NCBI GenBank assembly: GCA_964035575.1
Contig: OZ037841.1
Location: 1,364,001 to 1,428,000, forward strand
Length of the DNA: 64,000 nt
From: Rhynchopus sp. YZ270_cl-10
Lineage: Eukaryota
Reading direction: 5' to 3'
Shown: piece after piece, positions 1-10,062 of the stretch
How the letters are laid out: every line of letters begins with the position of its first letter
Numbering within the stretch: the stretch's first letter is position 1
Notes under the pieces: model-generated
What the model was told of the DNA's origin: nothing
Database searches by the model: none
The model's input: only the letters and a program-made list of their open reading frames with translations
Program-made: the position numbers and the translations under genes

Positions 1-434
1 CAAGTATCATCGTACCGCACCTCAAATGTAAGAACCCCAAATCCGAGAATGCGCAACTCTCTCTTAACGCTTTTCAATCGCATCATCTATTTCGCACGTA
101 ATTGTACAACGGGACAATATAATGATTTTGTCAACTAGTTATCTGATTGTAATAGTGCAAACCCGTAAATTACCAACAAAAAAGATCTCGGTAGGTGAAA
201 AAAAAAAAAAAAGATTATCATCCCATTATTTTTTGCACTACCTCCTATGTATCACACCATCACAATCAGATAACTAGTTGACAAAATTATTATAATGTCC
301 CGTTGTACAATTACGTGCGAAATAGATGATGTCATTTTTGTCATGCGATCGAAAAGCGTTACTTGCCTCAAGAGAGAGTTGCGCATTCTCGGATTTGGGG
401 TTCTTACATTTGAGGTGCGGTACGATGATACTTG
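1..434. repeat. Inverted repeat: 1-157 is an antisense copy of ~255-434 (5' UTR and first ~46 codons of the transposase ORF)
   Basis: The reverse complement of 1-65 equals 370-434. The left arm lacks 14-nt and 9-nt stretches present in the ORF copy and runs off the window edge. Confidence 0.9.
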
Positions 435-2331
435 GATTGAGTATGGCGATGATTGCCTCCTCGATTTTAGTTCAGCTCGAGTTAAGCTGAACCGGTTGGG
501 TTACGCGGAAGAGTTCTTGCGCATATTGTTGTGCTACATGTGTTTCTCCACCGCAATGGCAGCTGTGAACGAGTTGCTTGACGCCATGGGGTGCACCAGG
601 AAGCTGTCAAAAAGAGAATCCCGCGTATTGGGGCTTCGCGAACTCTTTTTGCGGGACTGTGTTTTCGTCCGCCGTGCCTTTGGTTCGTGGAAAGTCGGTG
701 GTAGCGAGATACCGGGGATCGAGTCAGACGCAGCTGCAGCAAGTCGGAATCGTTCGCACCTGCACTTGACGGCTCGTTTTGTGAGCACTGATGACGTGTT
801 GAAAGAGCATGTATTGTTTGTCGGAGCAAAACAGGCACACGACGCAATTCACTTCGAGTCGGCCTTCACAGCTGCGCTTCAACGTCTTGGAGAATACGGT
901 ATTGGCATTGACCGCGACTCGTTTGGCAGTGCACACAGTGACCGAGGTGGAACAGAGTCTTCGACGGCGATCAAGCAAACGTTCCGTGTGAGAGCGTACG
1001 AAGCCAAGCACCGCGTGAGCAGCATTTTTGAATATATCTGTACCAGAAATGGATGGCTAGTTCGTGACGGTCAGACCGCGAGCACTCTCTCCCATCATGT
1101 GGTACTGTGGGCACTGTTTTGGGCGGCAAACGAATCGCTCAAAGCTTGGCTTTTGCGGTACCACGATCTGCATATCAGCAGTGACCTTCTGTGGGAGAAA
1201 GCAGCAGGAGTACGCTTTGGCGGCGTCGGGGCTGCTTCTGTCATTGCCTGTCATCCAGTTAATGGTAAAACTCTTCTTGAATGGACTTTAAAATACGTAG
1301 AGCTCTTTCCCAGAGGGCACGGACAAGGATCTTCGGTCTCTAAGTTTCTGGTGTACTTCGACTCACAAAAAATATCCGAAGTGAAGAGAATGCATGACGC
1401 ATACAACCTCACCTTTTGTGGATCGGCAGAGCGCGCTTCGAACATCACTAGGAGTAAAGAGAGAACGTTGAGAACATTAGTTTCGTTTTGGACTGAACTT
1501 GCATCGAAGTTTGCTCACGTGTATCAGAATCCTCAAGACGTACTTCACAACGGCCGTGTCGTCAAGAACGCGTGGCTTGACGCAGATGTCACGAGAGTAC
1601 AGGAAGACGCAGTTGGGCGAAAGGTGTCGCTCTCGAAGGTTGTTTCTCCTTTGCTGAACCCGTCTTCTTTTCTGTGGCAAAACACCGAGACTTCTCGTTC
1701 GCAGATCCCATCTGATCTCCTTGGTGGGGGGTATCGTGAGTTCCTTCCTTGCAAGGGCAGGAGGCCGAACGATTATTCCGCTCCCCTGGAACTGCCAACT
1801 GATTCTGACACGAGCACTCCTGTGGGATTCGTCCGGGAAATGGCGTTCAGGGCACTCCTCATCACCCTCCGAGAGTTGGACGATTTCTGCAACTTCAAGG
1901 AAGAAGACTTGGACGTGAGACTTCCTCACAACTTTTCTCCTGAAGTCTCGGAGGGCGTTTGTTCAACAATACGTAAAGTGTTGGCAAACGTGGGTCACAT
2001 GCGGATCTCTGACGAGGTCCTTCGTGCACAAGTAGTGTTCCGTCGCAGGGATTCAGTTCCGACTGAACCTGAAAGGGCAGAGGTTGAAACTTTGTTTGGT
2101 TCCATTTTTACCCAGCAAGCCAAGAAATACCTGAACGCAACGAGCATGACAAACGAGCGAAGCACTGCGGGGTTTGAGCGGTTGGATGAGCTCTTGGAGA
2201 AGAACAATTTGGAAGATGTGACGCGCAATGAGGCGGAAAATGTTTACTGTCCCTCACCTCAGCAGGAAATGGGTCGTCCCCATAAAAAACGCAAATGTGT
2301 TGTCGAAGATGCAGACTCTGATGAGAGTTAG
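295..2331 (+). CDS. Divergent hAT-like DDE transposase (678 aa)
   Basis: Motifs in hAT order: GIESDAAAAS..HLTARFV..KEHVLFVG (first Asp, DUF4371-like), HSDRGG (second Asp), EAKHRV (CxxH position), VRFGG (RW position), VSEGVCS (Glu). Basic NLS-like C-terminus. Intronless. Confidence 0.6.
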   Translation: MSRCTITCEIDDVIFVMRSKSVTCLKRELRILGFGVLTFEVRYDDTWIEYGDDCLLDFSSARVKLNRLGYAEEFLRILLCYMCFSTAMAAVNELLDAMGCTRKLSKRESRVLGLRELFLRDCVFVRRAFGSWKVGGSEIPGIESDAAAASRNRSHLHLTARFVSTDDVLKEHVLFVGAKQAHDAIHFESAFTAALQRLGEYGIGIDRDSFGSAHSDRGGTESSTAIKQTFRVRAYEAKHRVSSIFEYICTRNGWLVRDGQTASTLSHHVVLWALFWAANESLKAWLLRYHDLHISSDLLWEKAAGVRFGGVGAASVIACHPVNGKTLLEWTLKYVELFPRGHGQGSSVSKFLVYFDSQKISEVKRMHDAYNLTFCGSAERASNITRSKERTLRTLVSFWTELASKFAHVYQNPQDVLHNGRVVKNAWLDADVTRVQEDAVGRKVSLSKVVSPLLNPSSFLWQNTETSRSQIPSDLLGGGYREFLPCKGRRPNDYSAPLELPTDSDTSTPVGFVREMAFRALLITLRELDDFCNFKEEDLDVRLPHNFSPEVSEGVCSTIRKVLANVGHMRISDEVLRAQVVFRRRDSVPTEPERAEVETLFGSIFTQQAKKYLNATSMTNERSTAGFERLDELLEKNNLEDVTRNEAENVYCPSPQQEMGRPHKKRKCVVEDADSDES

Positions 2332-2748
2332 ACTCCTCTGAGTTAGAGGGTGATGAGGATTACGAATTGTGGATTGGAGGGGGGGGGAAAGGAAAAAAAA
2401 AAGATGTCCATTAGTTTTGATTAATATTCAGTTGGAAATTGCAGTTTTTTTGTTTTGTTTTGTTTATTCTTCCCAGCCGGAGAGATCTCTTGTGATGAAG
2501 AAAAAAACACCATTTATCAGAGTTGGGAATATGAGGAATGAAAAGGGAAAAATAATACAACGTATACATCAGGCCTACCTCGGTAGATTACTGTTAAAAA
2601 AAAATGATAAGGTTTGCAGAGGGAATATGGAAATGGGTTAAAGACTAAAGACTACACCTTGAAGAAGGCGCTCACTTTGGCGGGTGAGAGTATTGTCATG
2701 CCACAAATGATAAAAAAAAAGAGAAAAAGCTATATAGTGGAGCACACT

Positions 2749-2990
2749 CTAGACATAGTGTGCACACCAGTCGTATTATCGGATTATTCGGATACGATAA
2801 TAATTATCGTATATTATCGTATGAAATTATCGTATATTATCGCATACGATACTATACGATAATTTTTTTACACGGGGTTTCCACACATAATCGTGTATAC
2901 GATAATATACGAGTCGTATGCGATAATCTTTGGCTCAGATCCCGAATACGATAATTACGATAATACGACTCGTGTGCACACTATGTCTAG
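2749..2990. mobile_element. MITE, ~240 bp, ~33-bp TIRs, TA or CTAG target duplication
   Basis: CTAGACATAGTGTGCACACCAGTCGTATTATCG ... CGATAATACGACTCGTGTGCACACTATGTCTAG, with repeated TATCGTAT/ATACGATA subterminal motifs. A paralogous empty site lies at ~55326-55375. Confidence 0.85.
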
Positions 2991-4323
2991 GGTGGCTACA
3001 CTAATACAACCAAGTTTTCAAAAAACAAAAAGTAAAATCTCAAACACACAAAGTAACTCATCCACTCGCCTACTTTTTCAGTTGTTCTAACCTCATCGAT
3101 CACCAAACAACCCACACAGGAACTTACACACAATTCATGTAGAAACAAAAAATGCACAAAAACTCACGCACAAGGTATTTCAGGTTAAAGAAACTCTTTT
3201 CTCAGCGCAAATTGACACCATCATCCATCCAGGTTCAAAATTAATAAATCTTATTCCGCGGAATCAAGGAATAATTATTCGTAAACGGTATGGTTTCGTA
3301 AACGGAAAACGGTATACAGGTAATATTATGGGTCGTAAACAATATTCAGGGGGGGTTATTTTTTTTATTTTTTGTGGGCAAAAATTGGTGGAAAATTTTT
3401 TTAGTCACTTTGGGTATCACAATAGGGGGGAGGGGGGAGGGGGGACTAGGATGCAGTGTCACCACTGTTCACAACTTACACACCCTTCAGGCGTGTCAAA
3501 ATTGGTGAAAAGTTGTGAAAAGTTGTGAAAAGTTGTGAATTGAATTGAAATTTTGTGAAATTTTGTGAAATTTTGTGAAATGCATACCCCCCGGGAAGCA
3601 CCAAAGTGTGTACATTAAGATTTTTTGTTGTGTTTGGGAGACACGCCCCACGTGTCGGTTCTGTGGAAAAACCCAGTGCCACCATCCTCCTTGCGAGGGA
3701 AGACTTCGGTGAACCGCATCGCATACCGTTCAAAATCATCCTCGCTTCACGCGCCGAAGTGCACGTCCCCAACTCCATCCTCTCCTTCTGCAGCATCAGG
3801 GACCAGTACGAGGCTCCGTATTCCGCCTCGTACCGCACGTACACCTCCTCAGCGACATCGGTGGGAAGCTCGCGCATGAGCGCACCAGCAGCCTCATCCC
3901 CTGCGCCCGCTTGCGCTTGTTGTGGTCCGCCACTGCCTGCTTGTTGTTGTGGTCCGCCGCTCTTGCTTTAGTTTTTCATTTATATCGCCACGTAGTTTTT
4001 GCACCAGCTTAAGCAGCTGCTTTTTTGTTTTCTTAGCTGTAGCCGGAGAGTGAGACGTAATCGGCGAAATCGCAGAGCTTGTCCCCTCACTCGTCGGAGT
4101 CGTCGGAGGAGTGATATCCGGCATGATTGAAAAGAGTGGGTAAGGGGGAAAAGAAAACGAGGGGGGAAAAAAAAGTTTAAACTGCGGAAGACTCGTAGGA
4201 AGAACAATGTGGTTTTACAATGGGGACTATAAAATCCCCCCAAGTGGTATCCTCTAGCCCTGGTTTTTTTCCCTCTCTCCTACTCTACTCCACCTCTCAG
4301 AACAAAAAAACTTTACATCCAAT

Positions 4324-4884
4324 ATGTCGAACCTGACGGACAAGCAGCTGAAGGACACCTTCGACCTTTTTGACGCAGATGGCAGTGGCGCTATTGAGGT
4401 GGCGGAGCTTGGCCTTGTGATGGAGGGGCTTGGGTTTGGGAAGCTTCCGGATGTGGAGATTGAGGAGCTGGTGAGGCAGCTGGACAGGGATGGGTCGCAG
4501 GTGGTGGAGTTCGATGAGTTCCGGAGGGCGTGCAGAGCGAAGGCGGCATACCGCAACTCGAAGGAGGAGGTGGAGCTGGCGTTCAAGCTGTTCCTTCATG
4601 AGGGCCCCAACGCAGAAGGGGAGAAGTCCGTCGTCAATGTCGACGACTTCTGCACAGTCGCAGAGCACCTTGGCGAGGAAGTCAAGCCAGAGCTCTACCG
4701 TGAGATCATCCGTGAGGCTGCAGGTGCCAGCGCAGAGGGCCTCGACCTCGATCACTGGTTCATGATCCACCGTGAGGTTACAACCGACAAGGTATATAGT
4801 GCTGAAATGATTTCTCAACTTTTTCAAAAAAAAAAAAAAACCACACACAAACCACAGCACCGTCCTAACATCCTTGAGTACTGA
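4324..4884 (+). CDS. Centrin/calmodulin-like EF-hand protein; probable intron 4792-4857
   Basis: EF-hand loops DADGSGAIEVAE and DRDGSQVVEFDE. AAG|GTATAT ... ACCACAG|CAC removes a 66-nt low-complexity in-frame segment, giving ~164 aa. Confidence 0.85.
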   Translation: MSNLTDKQLKDTFDLFDADGSGAIEVAELGLVMEGLGFGKLPDVEIEELVRQLDRDGSQVVEFDEFRRACRAKAAYRNSKEEVELAFKLFLHEGPNAEGEKSVVNVDDFCTVAEHLGEEVKPELYREIIREAAGASAEGLDLDHWFMIHREVTTDKVYSAEMISQLFQKKKKTTHKPQHRPNILEY

Positions 4885-6338
4885 GCACACCCCATGCCTG
4901 ACCTTCTAAGATGGGATTATTCTTCGGAAGGTTTTTTTTTTAAAAGGTGCCCCAACTCCCCCCCCTTTTTTTCCCCCTCTTTACTTCAGTGCCATGTACC
5001 CCAACAGGGTCCTCCCCCCCCATCGCCCCCCTGCCTCGCTACTGTTCTCATCCCTTCCTCTTCGTGGATGGGGTGGGGGGAGTTCCGGGGATTTTGTAAA
5101 AAAAAAAAAGCGGAAAGTCTGTGTGCGAAGAGAAAAAAACAAACAAAAATAAAGGAAGGGAAAGGTGAATTGAGGGGGAATTGTCTGGCGCATTGAAGTT
5201 TTATTATTTTGCCTTAAAAATTCAGAGGTGTTCATAGTAATAGTATAAATGCCCCTTTCTTTGATAAGGTAGTGTTCACTTTCTTTTTGCGAGCATTCGT
5301 CGAACACCCTGATCTCCCTTTCACTCCTTTTTTTTTCCCTTTCCCAAAAAAAATACCCCCCAAGTCAAAAAAAAGGCCTTCCCACTGCGTGAGTGACTCC
5401 CCCCCTTTTTTTTTATACTACAAGAAAGAGTTGTGATGTGGGGCACGAAGGTGTATCCTTCTCTCTGCACGTCCCCCAGCACCCCTGGTTTCCTCCCCCC
5501 CCTCAAAGAAATTTCCGTACAGTGAAGAAGAGCCCCCCCATCCACTGATACAACAACACAACGTTGTTTTCTTTTTCAAAAAAAAGCACCAACAGTACGA
5601 GGGGGTATTTCTCCTGCGCAGCGAGGCTCGTCTTTCAAAAAAAACAATTTTTTTTTTGACTCCCCCTCTGCCCTTCAGCCCTTCGGGGGTTTGTGTATTT
5701 AAAAAAACGGCCAATTTTGAAGTTTTTTCTCAATGAATTTAGGGACTGTTTCGGGTGTTTTGGTCACGCCAATGTGCACTGTTTATGAGAGGGTTCAACG
5801 GGGTCCTCCCTCCGCCAGGAATTCAGAGCAACGGTGTCCTCCCTGCCATGCGTCTCCCATACGCAGCCACATTACCTCCGCACCACCCTGGACCGCCACA
5901 CCTTTGGCCGTTAGGCAGCGCAAAGTCTCCCCAGCAATCGAACGCACATCTTTGTCTCCCCCTTTGCCCGCGGTGTTAGTCCCTTCGGTGCCAGGTTTTC
6001 GAGCATGGTCTCAGCGGGAGTTTTCCCCTTCCCCTTCCCATTCCTTGTATGATTTTTTACCCCGAAGATCGTGGCTTGGACTAATCACTTCTTTGGGACT
6101 CCCATATGCTAAGGGATAATGCAACTCTTGTTGTTGTGTGTCTCGAACGCCTGCTTGATGTGGTCCGGGCGTAGTCGTATCGGCAAGAACTTAGAGAGTT
6201 TCCACTCCCACTTCAGACGTTCTTCTATTCTTTATTCCTATTTCATATGCATATCGGCACTTTTGCACGCCCTTTGATTCAACTCTTCTTAAAATTCATC
6301 ATTTTTTTAGGAAACACATCAACTTTTTTTTCGTTGAA

Positions 6339-6892
6339 ATGCTGCGACGAACAGCGTTGAGGTGCTTTCCTGTGGGCGCTCCTCACGAGAAGGCGAACCG
6401 ACCCCGGTCTTTTGGGGTGGGTAAGAAGTGGTCGATTGTGGACGTGCAGCCGGAGGGGCCTGCTGTGAAGGACTCGAAGGACATCACAGAGCGCGGGTGG
6501 CTGCTTAAGGTAATTTACGAGCTGCAGCCAATCACACTTGGGGACCTGTGGGAAGAATGTTTCATCTCGCCTTTCAACCCTATCCACAGTCGTGCACAGA
6601 TGCGTATCATCATTCGCCATATGCGCAAAGACATGCAAATCTATCTTCGTCTCGACCCTGACGACCTGCAATTCTACATGTATCTTTATCCCCAATGGGC
6701 ACGCATGGTAAAACGTTATGTAGGTATGTTCTGATGTTCTGTGCTGGGGTGTTTTGTGTATTTCCAACTTTTTTTGTTGCAGACATCGAGAAGAGTATGC
6801 TTCAAAGCGAAGACGCGCAGCTGGCACTGAACCCCCCACCTGCATACCCAGCAGATCCGCTGCGGTATTACCACCAGTACCTCTCCCAGCAG
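6339..6892 (+). CDS. Probable mitochondrial protein of unknown function (exons 6339-6723 and 6783-6892; 3' exon unresolved)
   Basis: MLRRTALRC presequence-like start. The GT-AG intron 6724-6782 restores frame (RYV-D-IEKSML). A second donor GTATGT occurs at 6893. Confidence 0.7.
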
Positions 6893-8040
6893 GTATGTGT
6901 CGACATCAATAACCACTTCACTTCTCTTCACTGAACCAAACATACAGTACATCATAAATACTTTCGTACTGAGCGTCAATAGCTCCATTTACATTCTTTT
7001 TGACATGATAATCACAGAGAGAGACCTTCATTTTTTTTCCATCCCAACCGCTGGTGGACAAAACTCCATCTTTCGATTGAAAATAATATCTTAATCATTT
7101 TCATCCAAAACAACAAACGTCGTGGAAACGCACGCAGCTGATACTGCGCGATATCGAATGTGATCAAAGGTGACTAAACACGAGAAACAAAAGTGATCCA
7201 AAAATACAACAGAAAAAGATTGAATAGCCAAATGTTCAAAACATTAATCTAAGACTAAGTAAGAGGCTTAGGGTCATCTTATCAACTTTTCTTTTCTTTT
7301 GATATTCACCCAAATCCACAAAACCTACAGGAGAATTACGCAGTGCGTAGAATAGAAGAATTGAAGCGCTCAGACTCCAGCGCTGTTGAGAAGTTATAGT
7401 CGCCAACAGAGGGGCTGTTGTGGGGAGGGGAACTGGTCCACTACTGTGACCCAACGCGAACGAAAAAACATTTTTTTTAAACACAACCGATTTTCACCTA
7501 ATGGGTGCAAGGTTGCTGGAAACAATCTTTTTTGGGGATGGGGTGGGTGTGACACTGTCTGTGTATGGTGCGAAAACATGAAAGAAACGCACAATAAAAT
7601 GGAATCCCCCCTCCCCTTCCCTCCTTGGTTTAGATTTTCTTCATCCACAGTTCCCATTTTCATTTTTTATGGCAGCCAAGAGGATGTTATGACTTTGCCA
7701 CACTCAATGTATGAAAAACAAAGTGTGCGTCGTTCTCCTCCCTTCTCCATATGGCACGGTCCATAAACCACCCCCCCCAAAAGGTAACCTGGGGTCCTTA
7801 TTTTTATTTCATCTGGGTTCTACTGGGACTTTCTCCCCGATTTTTTTTTTAATGAACTCAGAGTTAAGTTTCTGGGTTCAATAAAAAACGACGAGCAAAA
7901 AGTCCAATTGGAAATATGATGGATACCCCCCGAGAGCAAAATAAACCAACGGTAAAAATTGGTACCCTTGGTTTCCTATAGGTTCCTATAGGAAACCTAC
8001 ATTTTCCCATAATTTCCCACACAACTTACTTGACAACAGG

Positions 8041-8355
8041 ATGAAAACAAATACAAAAATGGCAAAAGTGAGTAAAACCGTGCAAGGGGCACTGGACTTT
8101 GCTAGGGCTCTGGGGGAAACGCAGTTCTCAGGGGAGAAGACTCGCAAGGAGGTTCTTGCCTACGCGAAGGCACGCAGTTGTTACCGTAGGGGTTTCCGGG
8201 AAGACGTGTGGTTCAAAGCTTTATGGAAAGCGAGAGGAATATCCCTCATCCTTCACAGGAAGAACACCACCCGTGGGGGACGCGCGGTCCAACTGTATTT
8301 CTGCAGTAACCTGGATGAGTGTGTGGGTGTGCCATCAGAAGGTACGGAGGGGTGA
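8041..8355 (+). pseudogene. Truncated ORF in left foldback arm (possible transposase N-terminus)
   Basis: MKTNTKMAKV...YFCSNLDEC, the same as the ORF on the opposite arm except one residue. It terminates just inside the spacer. Confidence 0.5.
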
Positions 8356-8366
8356 ACAACGCGTAT

Positions 8367-8747
8367 TTACCCCTTACAGCAAGGAGAATGGCAGCGGCGT
8401 CGTTGTCCGTGCCTCCAAACACGCGGAAGGCTTGTGCAAAACGTACCTTCTGATGGCACACCCACACACTCATCCAGGTTACTGCAGAAATACAGTTGGA
8501 CCGCGCGTCCCCCACGGGTGGTGTTCTTCCTGTGAAGGATGAGGGATATTCCTCTCGCTTTCCATAAAGCTTTGAACCACACGTCTTCCCGGAAACCCCT
8601 ACGGTAACAACTGCGTGCCTTCGCGTAGGCAAGAACCTCCTTGCGAGTCTTCTCCCCTGAGAACCGCGTTTCCCCCAGAGCCCTAGCAAAGTCCAGTGCC
8701 CCTTGCACGGTTTTACTCACTTTTGCCATTTTTGTATTTGTTTTCAT
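8367..8747 (-). pseudogene. Truncated ORF in right foldback arm, convergent with 8041-8355
   Basis: Same first ~100 codons as the left-arm ORF, then reads into the spacer. Confidence 0.5.
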
Positions 8748-9836
8748 CCTGTTGTCAAGTAAGTTGTGTGGGAAATTATGGGAAAATGTAGGTTTCCTAT
8801 AGGAACCTATAGGAAACCAAGGGTACCAATTTTTACCGTTGGTTTATTTTGCTCTCGGGGGGTATCCATCATATTTCCAATTGGACTTTTTGCTCGTCGT
8901 TTTTTTTATTGAACCCAGAAACTTAACTCTGAGTTCATTTAAAAAAAAATCGGGGAGAAAGTCCCAGTAGAACCCAGATGAAATAAAAATAAGGACCCCA
9001 GGTTACCTTTTGGGGGGGGGTGGTTTATGGACTGACCCATATGGAAAAGAACTCCAAACGATCGCAGGTAGACTCAAGAGTTCGTCTGGAGGTGGTGTCT
9101 CTCTGTCTTTTCCTCTCTTCACTGCTCCTCCCCTCTCCGCTCTCTCGCCTTCTTTTTGCAGTTGCTTCGTGGCGATGTGGACTCCCAACTTCACGTCGCC
9201 GAAGGTGGGACCGTCCATGAGCGGGGCGTTCCAACGTTCACCAGAGACGACTTCTTTGGTCCGCTCCTTGCCTACCACGTGCACCCAATACCCCTCTTCG
9301 TCTTGCTCGTCTTCGCCCTCTTCTGTGTGCCGGGTGGAGTAGTCATTCCCACATCCTCTATGGGTGGTGTTCTAGCCGTATTCTCCTTCTTTTTTCTTCT
9401 GCGCCTCACAATATGTGGAGTGGTTTCGGCTGATTTCTGGAGTTGTTGTGGTTTGCTGCATCAAAGAGTACCGTGTCGGGTTTCTCATCCACGACGCACG
9501 CTACCAGTTCCGCCTTACGCACATTACTAGTTCCGCCTTATGGGGTTGCGTACTGGCTCTGCAGCTCTTGCAGACAGCTCTGCAGGTCTGAGGAACGCTG
9601 TTGGTAGTCAGCCTCTGCCTGTGCTTCCTGATCCTCGTCCCTGCGGCTCTCCACCCCCGGGGTGCATTATCGAGCCCAGAGGGGAGGGGGGAGTGTAATG
9701 CATTGTCCGTCTTCCATACTGCACACCATAGGTAGTCTCGAGAGGGGCTTTTGTATAATTCAGTAGGAGAAATGCAGGTCAAACCCACCTCTACTTTTTT
9801 ACCATCCAAAACAGATATACAAATAAAAAGGCGGTC

Positions 9837-9948
9837 ATGTCTTCGCAAGAGTCCGCAAGCGACTTCATGTCGATAGAGCCTTGGGTGTGGACGATGATTA
9901 GCTGTGCTGCGTTTGTCGTGTTTATTGTTGTTCCGGAGGGGTTGAGGG
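9837..9948 (+). pseudogene. 3'-truncated duplicate of the 5' end of the membrane-protein gene at 12247
   Basis: ATGTCTTCGCAAGAG...ATGTCGATAGAGCCTTGGGTGTGGACGATG...GTTGAGGG matches 12247-12358, then similarity stops abruptly. Confidence 0.8.
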
Positions 9949-10062
9949 TGTACGGCGCGAAACAAGAAAGACATGCAGAATAAAATGGAACCCCCTCCTT
10001 GTATTAGGTTTTCCTTAATATTATCCATTCATCAGCACCACACCACACAGAGAGACACAACA

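Larger units (their letters stand above)
7755..9036. mobile_element. Foldback element: two ~590-bp near-identical inverted arms (7759-8346, 8442-9032) with a 95-bp spacer
   Basis: The arms are reverse complements apart from a few mismatches and homopolymer differences. Both sides are flanked by CCATATGG (7747-7754, 9037-9044), a possible 8-bp TSD. Confidence 0.85.

Noticed and set aside
3476..4124. Two minus-strand ORFs next to TTGTGAAA repeats, a possible decayed TE gene
   Set aside because: No recognisable domain and no convincing TIR or TSD.
9003..9480. Minus-strand acidic ORF remnant abutting the foldback
   Set aside because: Interrupted by stops, no start or domain identified.
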